A DNA stretch of 64,000 bases from Acidimicrobiia bacterium (GTDB lineage: Bacteria > Actinomycetota > Acidimicrobiia > Spongiisociales > ZC4RG35), in contig CBDBCY010000004.1 of NCBI GenBank assembly GCA_965203555.1, positions 2,026,007 to 2,090,006 on the forward strand, given 5' to 3'. The translations under genes and the position numbers were made by a program. The notes under the pieces are model-generated. The model did no database searches. It was not told the DNA's origin and saw only the letters and a list, made by a program, of their open reading frames with translations. Numbering within the stretch: the stretch's first letter is position 1; the number at the start of each line of letters is the position of its first letter. Shown here piece after piece: positions 18,330 through 28,600 of this stretch.

Positions 18330-18404
18330 CCCGGCTAAGGGTTGGCCGAGAGTCAAAGGCTCAGGTAACAGGAGAAACCGCCCGACTACTGTGGTAGGCG
18401 TCCC

Positions 18405-19346
18405 TCAGGGCAGTAGTTCGCAGGCCAGGTTGTTTTCATTGGTGTCGAGCAAGGCGACGTCGCCGTAAAAGGGGAAGTAGGCGTCGAACCACTCTTGAGC
18501 TTCGGCCTGGGTGGAGAAGTCACTGCAGTTTTTGGTATTGCCCGGGTCCGGCGGGGCCGTACCCAAGGTGGCGCCGGTGGCGGCAGAGGTACTGGAAGTG
18601 GTAGTGGTTTCCTCAGGTGTGGTGACCGGAAAGGAGTCATCGGCCCTGCTGGCTTCGAGCATCTCGATCCCTTCCTCTCCGGTGATGGCGGCCACTCGGT
18701 CGATTACTTGCCCAAAGAGGTCGAACGCAGTCAAAAACCCCGCCAGCACCGCCCTGCGTGCCTCGCCGGTGTCAGGTGAACGTAGCCCGTCAAGCATCTG
18801 CGGGGGGGAATCCACCAGGATGCCCACCGCTGAACTGGCCACGCGGTGCTCATCCCGAAGACCGAATTCGGAGGGCGCCTTTATCAGAACGAAGGTGTCC
18901 TGCAGGCTTTGGGCTCGGGCAACGGTCTCCTCCAAGGCGAGTTCGGTGTCCGAGAATGAGACCCCCGTTTGAGATCTGTTGTCCCAATCGTCGTTGATGT
19001 CCCTGACTTCCATCACAAACCGAGCTATTTCAGCTTGGGCGGCCAGCAATTGCTCCAGATAGTCGAGCGCCACCCGGACAGGGGAAGTTGTCGTGGTGGA
19101 TTCGGGGACCGAGGAAGTGGTGGTGGTCGGCGGCAGGGTGGTGCTTGTGGCCGGGGAGGAATCGGTGGTGGATGTCGATTCGGCAAGGGTAGTGACCGGT
19201 GCGGTGATGGTGGGGGTGGGCGCCAGGGAGTCCTCGGGTTCGAAAAGCGCACATGAAGAAGCCCCACTCACGAGTAACGCCAACCAGGCGGGCCCCAGGA
19301 TGTGGAGATAAGGAAAGCGACTGGAGAGGGTACGGTTAGATGGCAA
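18405..19346 (-). CDS. Secreted lipoprotein paralog 2 with a C-terminal Excalibur-like calcium-binding domain
   Basis: The likely start is TTG 19346 (MPSNRTLSSRFPYLHILGPAWLALLVSGASSC), not the track ATG at 19442, which would add a 45-aa pre-signal. The C-terminus CSDFSTQAEAQEWFD...DTNENNLACE resembles the Excalibur motif. Confidence 0.55.
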   Translation of the reverse strand: MPSNRTLSSRFPYLHILGPAWLALLVSGASSCALFEPEDSLAPTPTITAPVTTLAESTSTTDSSPATSTTLPPTTTTSSVPESTTTTSPVRVALDYLEQLLAAQAEIARFVMEVRDINDDWDNRSQTGVSFSDTELALEETVARAQSLQDTFVLIKAPSEFGLRDEHRVASSAVGILVDSPPQMLDGLRSPDTGEARRAVLAGFLTAFDLFGQVIDRVAAITGEEGIEMLEASRADDSFPVTTPEETTTTSSTSAATGATLGTAPPDPGNTKNCSDFSTQAEAQEWFDAYFPFYGDVALLDTNENNLACELLP

Positions 19347-19362
19347 GTCTTCCCATCCTGTC

Positions 19363-20136
19363 CTATGCGACTCCGGGATGCCACCACTGTGCCTCCACCC
19401 GCCCGATGGCGTCGGAAGCGGCGGCTGTTGTTGTGGTTTCATCGTCGGGACTTTGTAGTGCTCCGGTTCCTACATTTCCCACCATCGAGGCCACCTGCTC
19501 GATCGCGTCGGTGAAGATGTCGAAGACCGCTTCCAGCCGCACCAATGCCGCCCTGCGAGCCTCGCCGGTATCCGCGGACCGTAGTCCGTCCAGCATCTCC
19601 GAGACCATGTCGGGCATCCGGCCGACTGCCGTTGCGGCCATCCGATGTGCTTGTGAAAAGTCGACCCCCGACGGCGCTTCGATCGATGCGAAGGCCTCGA
19701 CCAAATCCCGGGTGCGTTGTACGGCATCCTCCAAGGCGGCTTCAGTATCCGAATAAGAGACAGACCCTCCGGACCGATTGTCCCATTGGTCGTTTACAGA
19801 GCGGACCTGTTCCACCAGCGCCTTTACACCGGTCTCGGCCGAGAGGAGGTCTCGGAGATAATTCGAAGCGGCCTCGGTGGGAAAGGTCGTGGTGGTAGTG
19901 GTGGCCGGCGCAGCAGTGGTCGTTGTTCCAGGCTGGACCGTGGTGGTGGTTACCGTGGCGATGGTGGTTGCCTGGGCCGAAGTGGTGGTCGGTGTCCCCG
20001 CGGCGCCTGCTGAAGTGGTCTCTGGAGCATCTGCCGCATCAGGCGAACATGACGCTCCCAGGGCAGGGAGCAACATGATCGCAACAAGGACACAGGACTT
20101 TCGGAGTGTGACAGAGGAGGTATGCACCGCTCTCAT
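19363..20136 (-). CDS. Secreted lipoprotein paralog 3 (Thr-rich linker plus the conserved family domain)
   Basis: MRAVHTSS...LLPALGASC lipobox, a poly-Thr linker, and the shared SNYLRDLLSAETGV...NDQWDNRS...SYSDTEAA domain. Confidence 0.55.
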   Translation of the reverse strand: MRAVHTSSVTLRKSCVLVAIMLLPALGASCSPDAADAPETTSAGAAGTPTTTSAQATTIATVTTTTVQPGTTTTAAPATTTTTTFPTEAASNYLRDLLSAETGVKALVEQVRSVNDQWDNRSGGSVSYSDTEAALEDAVQRTRDLVEAFASIEAPSGVDFSQAHRMAATAVGRMPDMVSEMLDGLRSADTGEARRAALVRLEAVFDIFTDAIEQVASMVGNVGTGALQSPDDETTTTAAASDAIGRVEAQWWHPGVA

Positions 20137-20213
20137 TCTCTAAAACAGCTTCGCTCCTCCTGAAAATACTCACATGGACGCGCAGAAGATGGGATTGATC
20201 AAGTGGCAGGCGC

Positions 20214-20867
20214 CTACCGGGAGGTCTTACGTTTCCAGGCCTTGGACAGGTAGGGAATGGCTTCGGGGGTCTTGCAGGAGGTCTTTCCGTGGTCGACCTC
20301 GACTTTCCCTATCCGTCGCGCCGCCTGTATCGCCGCCCGACGCAAATGCGGGTTCCGACAGCCGATGGCAATCAAAGCGCCGTTCATGGAGTGCCGCACC
20401 CGGTTGGCTGCCCGCGAGATATAGTGTTCTATGTGAATCAAGCGGCCGCTGAAGTAGTCGTCGGGCAAGCCGCCCTTGGCGTCCAAGGCCTGGGAGGCTA
20501 CCAGTGACCACCCGGTGGCGCCCACCCATTCATCTTCGGGGTCGGCAGTCCATTCCTGGGCGAAATCGTCTCTCAGGGAGGTTCGACCGACCAGCGACGC
20601 CAGGGCGTCGGCCAGAACGTAATTGTCGACATCCATGATCCTTTGGCGAATAATCTTGGCGGTGATCCGAGACGGATCATCCACCATGGTGGCCAAAACT
20701 CGCGCATCGTGGTTGCCGGACATCCACAGCTCTTGCGCCAATCGAGAATTGGGAGCCAGTCGTTTGGCAACTTTCCGCAGATTGGCGTAGCTGACTCCGA
20801 ACAGCGGCGCCTGCACGCCATGACGAGGATAGACCTTGCGATTCTGGGCGGTCCCGAGCACTTCCAA
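20214..20867 (-). CDS. DNA alkylation repair enzyme (AlkD-like HEAT-repeat glycosylase family)
   Basis: YANLRKVAKRLA...LAQELWMSGNHDARVLA matches the AlkD/AlkC HEAT-like repeat family. The first canonical start is TTG 20867. The open in-frame stretch upstream still encodes conserved-looking AlkD-like residues (AVISSALYDETLAELEV) and follows a GGAGGAG, so the true start may lie upstream and be non-canonical. Confidence 0.65.
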   Translation of the reverse strand: MEVLGTAQNRKVYPRHGVQAPLFGVSYANLRKVAKRLAPNSRLAQELWMSGNHDARVLATMVDDPSRITAKIIRQRIMDVDNYVLADALASLVGRTSLRDDFAQEWTADPEDEWVGATGWSLVASQALDAKGGLPDDYFSGRLIHIEHYISRAANRVRHSMNGALIAIGCRNPHLRRAAIQAARRIGKVEVDHGKTSCKTPEAIPYLSKAWKRKTSR

Positions 20868-21050
20868 CTCGGCCAGTGTCTCGTCATAAAGGGCGGATGA
20901 AATGACAGCGGGCGACAGGGTGTCTCCTCCAATGGTTGGCCTCGGTCTCGGTCCAGTTTAAGGTCCACGCGAAAATCTATCTATCTGTGACGGGCCTAAG
21001 GCTGAAGCACGCTCTTACCATTCCAGAGAAGTGGCTGAAAGGAGCCTGAT

Positions 21051-22223
21051 ATGAGCAACTTGACCGCGGCGGCTGATGCCGTCCTTGACGGGGTGACATC
21101 GGGAAGCCCACGGGTACCCGGCGTCGTGGCTTTGGCAACCAACCGTGACGGCAATATCTACGAAGGCGCGAGAGGGGTCCGCTCTCTTGGCAACGGCGCG
21201 GCGATGACCACCGACACCATTTGCGCGATCTTCTCGACCACCAAGGCCATCGGTGGTACCGCCTGCCTGCAGTTGGTGGAGGAAGGCCGGCTCGACCTTG
21301 ACGCACCGGCCAAGAACTACACCCCCGACATAGGGGAACTGCAGGTACTGGACGGTTTCGACGACAACGGGGACCCGATGCTCCGGCCCCCGAAACGTGA
21401 TGTGACAACCAGGATGCTGCTCCTCCACACCGCAGGCCTGTCCTACTTTTTCTTCAACGAAACATACAATCGGTTGGCGCAGGACCACGGCCAGGTCAGC
21501 CCGGTCACCTCTTCCAAGGAATCCCTTATGACGCCCCTGCTTTTCGATCCGGGAGATCAGTGGGAGTACGGAACGAATATCGACTGGGCCGGTCAGGTGG
21601 TGGAAGGGATCACCGGCAAGCGCCTGGGCGAGGTGATGCAGGAGCGGATCTTCGAACCCCTGGGGATGGATTCCACGTCCTTTGACCTGAGCGATGAGAT
21701 GCGGAGTCGGATGGCTTTGATACATCACCGGGGCGACGACGGAGAGTTGACGCCTCTCGACTTCGAGTTGCCGCCGGATCCCGAGGTGCACATGGCCGGT
21801 CACGGCTTGTACTCGACCGTTGAGGACTACATGAAGTTCATTCGTATGTGGCTGAACGACGGCATGGGTCCCGGCGGGCAGGTCCTCGCCAGGGAGACCG
21901 TGGAGATGGCAGTCCAGAACGGGTTGGGAGAGATGAAGATCAAGGGTCTTCCCGCAGTGGACCCGTTTCTCACCAACTACGCCGAGTTCTTCCCCGGCAT
22001 GCCCAAGTCCTGGGCGTTGAGCTTCATGATCAATGACGAGGAGGCTCCGACCGGCCGGCCGGCGGGCGCTCTGGCCTGGGCGGGCCTGGCCAACCTCTAC
22101 TACTGGATCGATCGCCAGAACGATGTTGGGGGTTTCTGGGCCACCCAGATCTTCCCGTTCGCCGATGGGACATCGGTTGGCGGTTTCATGGACTTCGAGA
22201 CCGCGATCTACAACAACCTGTAG
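21051..22223 (+). CDS. Serine hydrolase of the beta-lactamase/class-C esterase family
   Basis: S-x-x-K motif in FSTTKAIGG; approximately 390 aa; RBS AAAGGAG. Confidence 0.85.
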   Translation: MSNLTAAADAVLDGVTSGSPRVPGVVALATNRDGNIYEGARGVRSLGNGAAMTTDTICAIFSTTKAIGGTACLQLVEEGRLDLDAPAKNYTPDIGELQVLDGFDDNGDPMLRPPKRDVTTRMLLLHTAGLSYFFFNETYNRLAQDHGQVSPVTSSKESLMTPLLFDPGDQWEYGTNIDWAGQVVEGITGKRLGEVMQERIFEPLGMDSTSFDLSDEMRSRMALIHHRGDDGELTPLDFELPPDPEVHMAGHGLYSTVEDYMKFIRMWLNDGMGPGGQVLARETVEMAVQNGLGEMKIKGLPAVDPFLTNYAEFFPGMPKSWALSFMINDEEAPTGRPAGALAWAGLANLYYWIDRQNDVGGFWATQIFPFADGTSVGGFMDFETAIYNNL

Positions 22224-22340
22224 GGAGACCTGCACAAGCTCACATTGATTAAAGAGATGGCTCCCCAGGTCATGCCGGGAGCCATCTCCTCATAAAACCC
22301 TCTTGAGTTGTGGCCGACTGCGTCCCTGTGGGGAACCCGG

Positions 22341-23287
22341 CTAGCGGTAGCCGCCGCCTCGCCGGAGGCTGTCGAGCGTTACGGCGATGATCAGTATGGC
22401 GCCGCGGACTACCGACTGCCAGTAGATCTGCACTTGCAGGAGGATCAGTCCGTTCTGGACGACCCCGATTATCAACAGTCCCAGGAGGGTTCCCAAAAGG
22501 CCTCCCCGTCCTCCGCTCAGGGCGATGCCGCCCAGCAGTACTGCGGCGATGATGTCCAACTCGGCGCCGTTCAGGGCGCTTGGCAGGGCCGTTCCGCTCT
22601 GGGAAGTGAGCATCAGACCCGCCAACCCCGCCAGGCAGGCCTGGGCCACGTAGGTCCAGCCTCGCAGGCGGTCGACCCTGATGCCGACGTTGCGGCAAGC
22701 TTCGCTGTTTCCGCCCACGGCGTAGAGGTGATTGCCTGCCACGGTGAATCGCATGAAGCACATTCCCAGCACCACCACCGCCAGGAACAACCAGACGGTT
22801 ATGGGGGCTCCCAGCCAGGACCCTCTTCCCAGTTCGCTCCACGCGTTGACCCCGATCACGATGTTGTCGCCGCCCGTGGAAACGAAGGCCAAGCCCCGAT
22901 AGAAGAGCAGGGTTCCCAGGGTGGCGATGATCGGGTTGATTCTGAACTTGACGATCAACAGGGCATTGAACGCGCCCAGCACTCCTGCGGCGGCTACTCC
23001 CAACACACCAACCAGGACGCTGTTGACGTCCAGGGTGATCAGGCTGGCAGTGACCATACCCGCCACTGCCGCCACTGCCGCCATGGACAGGTCCAATCCT
23101 CCGGCGATCATCACCACCGTCAGACCGATAGCGATCAGACCTCTGATAGAAATGGCCTGTCCGATATTGATGAAGTTGCGGGTCGTGAAGAAAAACTCGG
23201 ACTGCCAACTGAATAGGGCAATCATCAACAACAGGGTGATGAGCAGACCGATCAGCGTCCAGTTGTCCTGCCTCTTGAAAACCGAGA

Positions 23288-23291
<4 letters not shown>
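22341..23291 (-). CDS. Sugar ABC transporter permease (RbsC-like)
   Basis: MISVFKRQDNWTLIGLLITLLLMIALF... with a polytopic profile. The start at 23291 overlaps the ATPase stop (ATGA). Confidence 0.85.
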
Positions 23292-24061
<770 letters not shown>

Positions 24062-24089
24062 ACCTCTCTACCGATAAGGAAGGGAGGTA

Positions 24090-24122
24090 CTCGGCGTACG
24101 AACCGGGGCTCGAAACGCCGAG
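24090..24122 (-). other. Intercistronic stem-loop (8-bp perfect stem CTCGGCGT/ACGCCGAG, 17-nt loop) between the binding-protein and ATPase genes
   Basis: It lies in the 85-bp gap of the minus-strand operon. Such hairpins commonly stabilise the upstream binding-protein transcript segment. Confidence 0.35.
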
Positions 24123-24146
24123 TCCTCTTTTGTTAGTTGGCTGTCT

Positions 24147-26180
24147 CTATCCGGGATAGAGGTCGAAGACGTTGTCCCGGGTTACGGGTGAGACCGAGGG
24201 TATTAGCCGTTCGGGAACGGTCTTTCCTTCGATCAGGTCGACGATGGCCGGCACCAGGTAGGTCCCGTAGCGCTCGGGGAAGTAGGAGATGGTGGCTTTG
24301 AACACAGACTCCTCGTCAGAGCGCTCCCGCAAATCCACCAGCGCCTCGTCGGAGGCGCCCAGGCTGGCAGCGGCCGCGTGACCCAGGTAGCCACTCTGCT
24401 CCAAAGCCAGCGCGCAGTCCACGCCGGGCTGGTCGCTGTGGCCGAAGCACAGCACGTGCTGTGCGCCGGGGTTGGCAGTCGCCCAGGTGGTCACGTTGGG
24501 AAGGGTGTCGGTCAGGCCCTCGGTGGGGATGTCGTGGATGTTCTCGTCCGGGATGTCGAACGATTCCCGCACGCCGTCTCGGGCGCCGTCGGCGCGGGCC
24601 TTGTGGACCGGCACATCCGGAGTCCACACCAACAGCAGATGGGTGTCCTCGGGCGCCCAACCCTGCTCTTGGGCGAAGCCGGCCAGATATCGGCCGGCCT
24701 CCAGCGCCGCGTTGTAGTTGTCCGGGCCGAAGGCCACGCATCCGGGGTGGGGTCCGTCGTAGGAGACACATGGAATCCCGGCGTCGTGGAAGATGCCGGC
24801 GATCAGTTCTTCGGTGCCGGCGATCCAGTTGGCGAAGATCACTCCGTCAACCTCTTGGGTTACCAGCAGGTTGGAGCACTCCACGGTCCGCTCCTGGTCG
24901 TAGGCGTTGTCGCAGTAGACGATCTCCACGCCCATCTCGGCGGCGATGGCGTTGATGTTGTCGGTCACGCTGTCCGTAAACGGGATACCCGACAGGCCGT
25001 CGCCGTAACCGATCCTGAACGCTCCGGAAGCTTCTCGAATCACGGCTTCGTACTCATCCTCCTCAGCCATGGCTGCTTCGTCCAGTTCGCCTCCCGGATA
25101 CAGTTCCTCGACGTTGTCACGGGTGACAGGCTCCACCGAGGGGATGATCCTCTCGGGCAGGTCGGTGCGGTCTTCAATGAGATCGACGATGATGGGCACC
25201 AGATACTGTCCGTAACGCTCGGGGAAGTATGAGATAGTGGCCTTGAACACAGACTCGTCATTGCCACGCTCGCGCAGCTCCACGAGGGCTTCAGTGGATG
25301 CACCGGTTCCCGCGGCCGCGGCGTTGCCCAAGAAGCCGTTCTGTTCCAGGGCCAATCCGCAGTCGACGCCGGGCTGGTCGCTGTGGCCGAAGCACAGCAC
25401 ATGCTTGGCATCGGGGTTGGCGATCGACCAGGTGGTCACGTTGGGCAGTGTGTCGGTCAGGCCCTCGGTGGGAATGTCGTGGATGTTCTCGTCCGGGATG
25501 TTGAACGACTCCCGCACGCCGTCGGTGGCGCCGTCGGCCCGAGCCTTGTGGACCGGCACGTCCGGGGTCCACACGAGCAGCAGCTCAGTCTCTTCGGGCG
25601 CCCATCCCTGCTCAAGGGCGTACTGCGCCAGGAAGCGACCGGCGGCTACTCCGGCCTCGTAGTTGTCGGGGCCGAAGGCCACGCATCCGGGGTGGGGGCC
25701 GTCGTAGGAGACGCATGGAATCCCGGCATCGTGGAAGATATTGGAGATCAGTTCTTCGGTGCCGGCGATCCAGTTGGCGAAGATCACTCCGTCGACTTGT
25801 TGGGTTACCAGCAGGTTGGAGCATTCCACGGTCCGCTCCTGGTCGTAGGCGTTGTCGCAGTAGACGATCTCCACGCCCATCTCGGCGGCGATGGCGTTGA
25901 TGTTGTCGGTCACGCTGTCGGTAAATGGAATTCCCGACAGTCCGTCACCGTAACCGATCTTCCACGGTTGTTCGGCCGGGCGGATCACGGCTTCGTAGGG
26001 GCCGGAAGGCGCCTCTGGCTCCTCCTCCATTACCTCATCTTCGGGGGCCTCTTCAACCGCGGCGGCCGTGGTCTCCGGGGCGGCGGTGGTGCCAGGAGCC
26101 TCATCCTCGTCTCCCCCGCAGGCGGCCACCAATAGGGCAATGACCGCCACTCCAACTATCAGCTTGCGTGACATTCTCAA
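24147..26180 (-). CDS. ABC transporter substrate-binding lipoprotein with an internal, diverged tandem duplication of the binding domain
   Basis: MRMSRKLIVGVAVIALLVAAC lipobox. Two approximately 315-aa halves are about 85-90% identical (...IGYGDGLSGIPFTDSVTDNINAIAAEMGVEIVYCDNAYDQERTVECSNLLVTQ... appears twice). At the DNA level, blocks of 20-36 nt are identical about 950 bp apart. Confidence 0.8.
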   Translation of the reverse strand: MRMSRKLIVGVAVIALLVAACGGDEDEAPGTTAAPETTAAAVEEAPEDEVMEEEPEAPSGPYEAVIRPAEQPWKIGYGDGLSGIPFTDSVTDNINAIAAEMGVEIVYCDNAYDQERTVECSNLLVTQQVDGVIFANWIAGTEELISNIFHDAGIPCVSYDGPHPGCVAFGPDNYEAGVAAGRFLAQYALEQGWAPEETELLLVWTPDVPVHKARADGATDGVRESFNIPDENIHDIPTEGLTDTLPNVTTWSIANPDAKHVLCFGHSDQPGVDCGLALEQNGFLGNAAAAGTGASTEALVELRERGNDESVFKATISYFPERYGQYLVPIIVDLIEDRTDLPERIIPSVEPVTRDNVEELYPGGELDEAAMAEEDEYEAVIREASGAFRIGYGDGLSGIPFTDSVTDNINAIAAEMGVEIVYCDNAYDQERTVECSNLLVTQEVDGVIFANWIAGTEELIAGIFHDAGIPCVSYDGPHPGCVAFGPDNYNAALEAGRYLAGFAQEQGWAPEDTHLLLVWTPDVPVHKARADGARDGVRESFDIPDENIHDIPTEGLTDTLPNVTTWATANPGAQHVLCFGHSDQPGVDCALALEQSGYLGHAAAASLGASDEALVDLRERSDEESVFKATISYFPERYGTYLVPAIVDLIEGKTVPERLIPSVSPVTRDNVFDLYPG

Positions 26181-26327
26181 CCTTTCTCTCTTTCAACTGT
26201 GATGGTGACGAAAATGGTCTTCGTCAAACCGGAGTCAGGTACACCGCCGTATGACGGTATACCACCATTTCCGGTCAGAAAAATAGCCTAACCCCGCCTA
26301 TCCCTCAAAAGCCAACCTTGACGTTCA

Positions 26328-27627
26328 CTATTTTGGCCGCGAAATGCCTTCGGCATATTCGACCATGCTGGCGTTGACGGGATCTTCAAATTGAAATTCA
26401 CCAGGTTGCAGAGTGGCGACATCAACAGGCTGTCCTCCCCGAATTACCTCCCGCACCCGGCGAATGTGGCTTATGTCAGAGAGGGGGTTTCCCTCCGTAA
26501 TGAGAAGATCGGCCGCCTTCCCCTCCGCGAGAGTGCCGGTGAGGTGGTGCACGCCGAGGCGGCGACTTCCTTCCCGGGTGGCAGCCGTGAGGACTTGCGC
26601 CGGTGTGAGCCCGGACTTTGTCAACATCTGCAATTCGTCGTGGAGGCTGAAACCGGGGATCAAGTATGGCCAGGGCGCGTCGGTCCCCACGACGATGGGC
26701 ACGCCGGCTTCATAGAACTTGGGGATGACCCTTTGGATCTCTGCAACCGCCGCCATTCGGCCCCGGGATCCTTGCGGATCGTGCCGGTGGGGGAAGGCAT
26801 CCCAGCACTCACGAATCTTGTCGGGCACCCACCGCAGCCGCGGATCGGGCCGGGAGGCGAAGTGGCTGAGACGAGCCAGGCGATCCCAGACGATGACAGT
26901 GGGACATAGCGCCGTGTTCGCCTCGATCAGTGCTTTCGTTATGTCCTCCAGATCAGCCAGATGGGTGCCGTCGAGGGGGTGAATGATCCCGCTCAGGTGC
27001 TGAAGTTCGGCCACGCCCGCCCCGGCGGCTTCCAGCGCGTTCACCTCTCCCAGGTGGGCGACTACCGGCACCCCGTTTCTTCTCCCCGCTGCCACGGCCG
27101 CCTTGACCTGCTCCAGGTCCAGGTGAACGTAGAGCTTGATCTCGTTTACCCCGGCGGCGGCCAGCAGGTCGATCTTGGCGGCCACCGCCTCGGGATCGGC
27201 GTGGCCTTCTCCGAGGCGAGGCCAGTTGACGTGCTCACCGTCCAGAACCGGGCCGCAGCAGCGCACCCGGGGAGTCGGCCGGGGGTCGGCCGCAAGTCGG
27301 CTACGCAGCCCCAGTATCCAGTCAAGGTCGTTGCCGATGTCCCGCACCGTGGTCACACCGGCAGCCAGGAGAGCGGGAACCATCCACGAGGCCATGTGAA
27401 TGTGGGCATCGATCAGCCCGGGCATGAGGGTGCATCCCGGAAAGACCATACGGTCGACGTCACCTGGCAGGGTCCTGGCATCCGCCACTCCTTCGATCTT
27501 GCTCCCTGATATCACCAGGGCCTTCCCCGATTGAGGCTCGGAATCCGGTGGATTCCACACCAGGTCTGGAACCAGCGCCAAGCGCGGTGAGCGTGGGTGT
27601 TGGGAGGGAGGAGATCGATGTTGCATG
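26328..27627 (-). CDS. Metal-dependent amidohydrolase family protein
   Basis: PGLIDAHIHM (the HxH metal motif), VVAHLGE and VGTDAPW segments. The track ORF extends to 28265, but the first approximately 210 aa are low-complexity read-through. The start is ATG 27627 or more likely GTG 27515 (MISGSKIEG...), where codon bias begins. Confidence 0.75.
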
Positions 27628-27707
27628 CAGTGGACCCGGTTGTCAGCGAGATTTACCCTACCGGATGAGGACCGCAGAAGCCAGCCTCGCCCTAGCCTTC
27701 TGAGACA

Positions 27708-28487
27708 ATGACTGACGACCAACTCTCCTTGGGGGCGGGACTCTCGGGGCGCGGGGTGATAGTCACCGGCGCAGCCAGCGGGATCGGACGAGCGACTGCT
27801 CGTCTCGCCGCGGCTTGCGGGGCCCGGGTGTGTGGGGTGGACCTGAACGGTCCGGCCTTGCGGGCGGAGAAGGAGCAATGGGACGATCCCGGTCGTCATC
27901 TGGCAGTGGAGATCGACTTGACCGGCGACGATGCTCCTCACACGGTGGTTGAGACCGTGCTGGAGGAGTTCGGCGACCTGTGGGGACTGGTCCACTGCGC
28001 GGGAGTGCTGGTCCGCCGATCCAGCCCTGCCGAGGTGACCCGACAGGAATGGGATCTCCAGCACAGCGTGAACCTGAAAGCCTCCTTCTTCATCAACCAG
28101 GCAGTGGGCGAGGCGCTGAAAGCCCGCGGCGGGGGTGGGCGTATGATCACTCTCAGTTCGCAAGGGTGGTGGACGGGCGGAAGCCATGGTGCGGTGGTCT
28201 ATTCCGCTTCGAAGGGGGGCATCGTCTCCATGTGCCGCGGTCTGTCCACCTCTTACGCTCCCCACGGGATCATGGTGAACTCCATCGCGCCCGGGGTGGT
28301 GGACACCCCCATGCTGGGGATTGGACTAACTGAGGCCGATCTCGAGGCGATCGCCGCCTCCTGCCCCATGGGAAGATTGGCGAGGCCTGAGGAGATCGCC
28401 CAGGTTGCGGTGTTCCTGCTGTCCGCCCATGCCAGCTACATCTCGGCCGCCACCATCAATGTCAGCGGTGGTCTGCTCTTTTACTGA
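27708..28487 (+). CDS. Short-chain dehydrogenase/reductase (SDR)
   Basis: TGAASGIGRATA Rossmann motif and the YSASKGG catalytic motif; 259 aa. It is a paralog of the partial SDR at 63433. Confidence 0.85.
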   Translation: MTDDQLSLGAGLSGRGVIVTGAASGIGRATARLAAACGARVCGVDLNGPALRAEKEQWDDPGRHLAVEIDLTGDDAPHTVVETVLEEFGDLWGLVHCAGVLVRRSSPAEVTRQEWDLQHSVNLKASFFINQAVGEALKARGGGGRMITLSSQGWWTGGSHGAVVYSASKGGIVSMCRGLSTSYAPHGIMVNSIAPGVVDTPMLGIGLTEADLEAIAASCPMGRLARPEEIAQVAVFLLSAHASYISAATINVSGGLLFY

Positions 28488-28600
28488 TCCGGTCGTCGGC
28501 CAACCGACAAATACATCAGCAGGGGAGGACCAACCTGGGATTCTTCCCTATAGTCGGGGCTGTTGGATTACAGATAGAGGACAAGTCAAGGAGGGCACTC

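Noticed and set aside
24378-26135. + strand ORFs 24378-25232 and 25383-26135 (about 250-284 aa, mutually similar)
   Set aside because: They are antisense to the internally duplicated binding-protein gene, and their similarity is a by-product of that duplication.
27628-28265. N-terminal approximately 210 aa of the track's 645-aa minus-strand ORF (26328-28265)
   Set aside because: It has no codon bias, is Pro/Arg/Ser-rich, overlaps the divergent SDR gene region, and amidohydrolase homology starts near 27515-27627.
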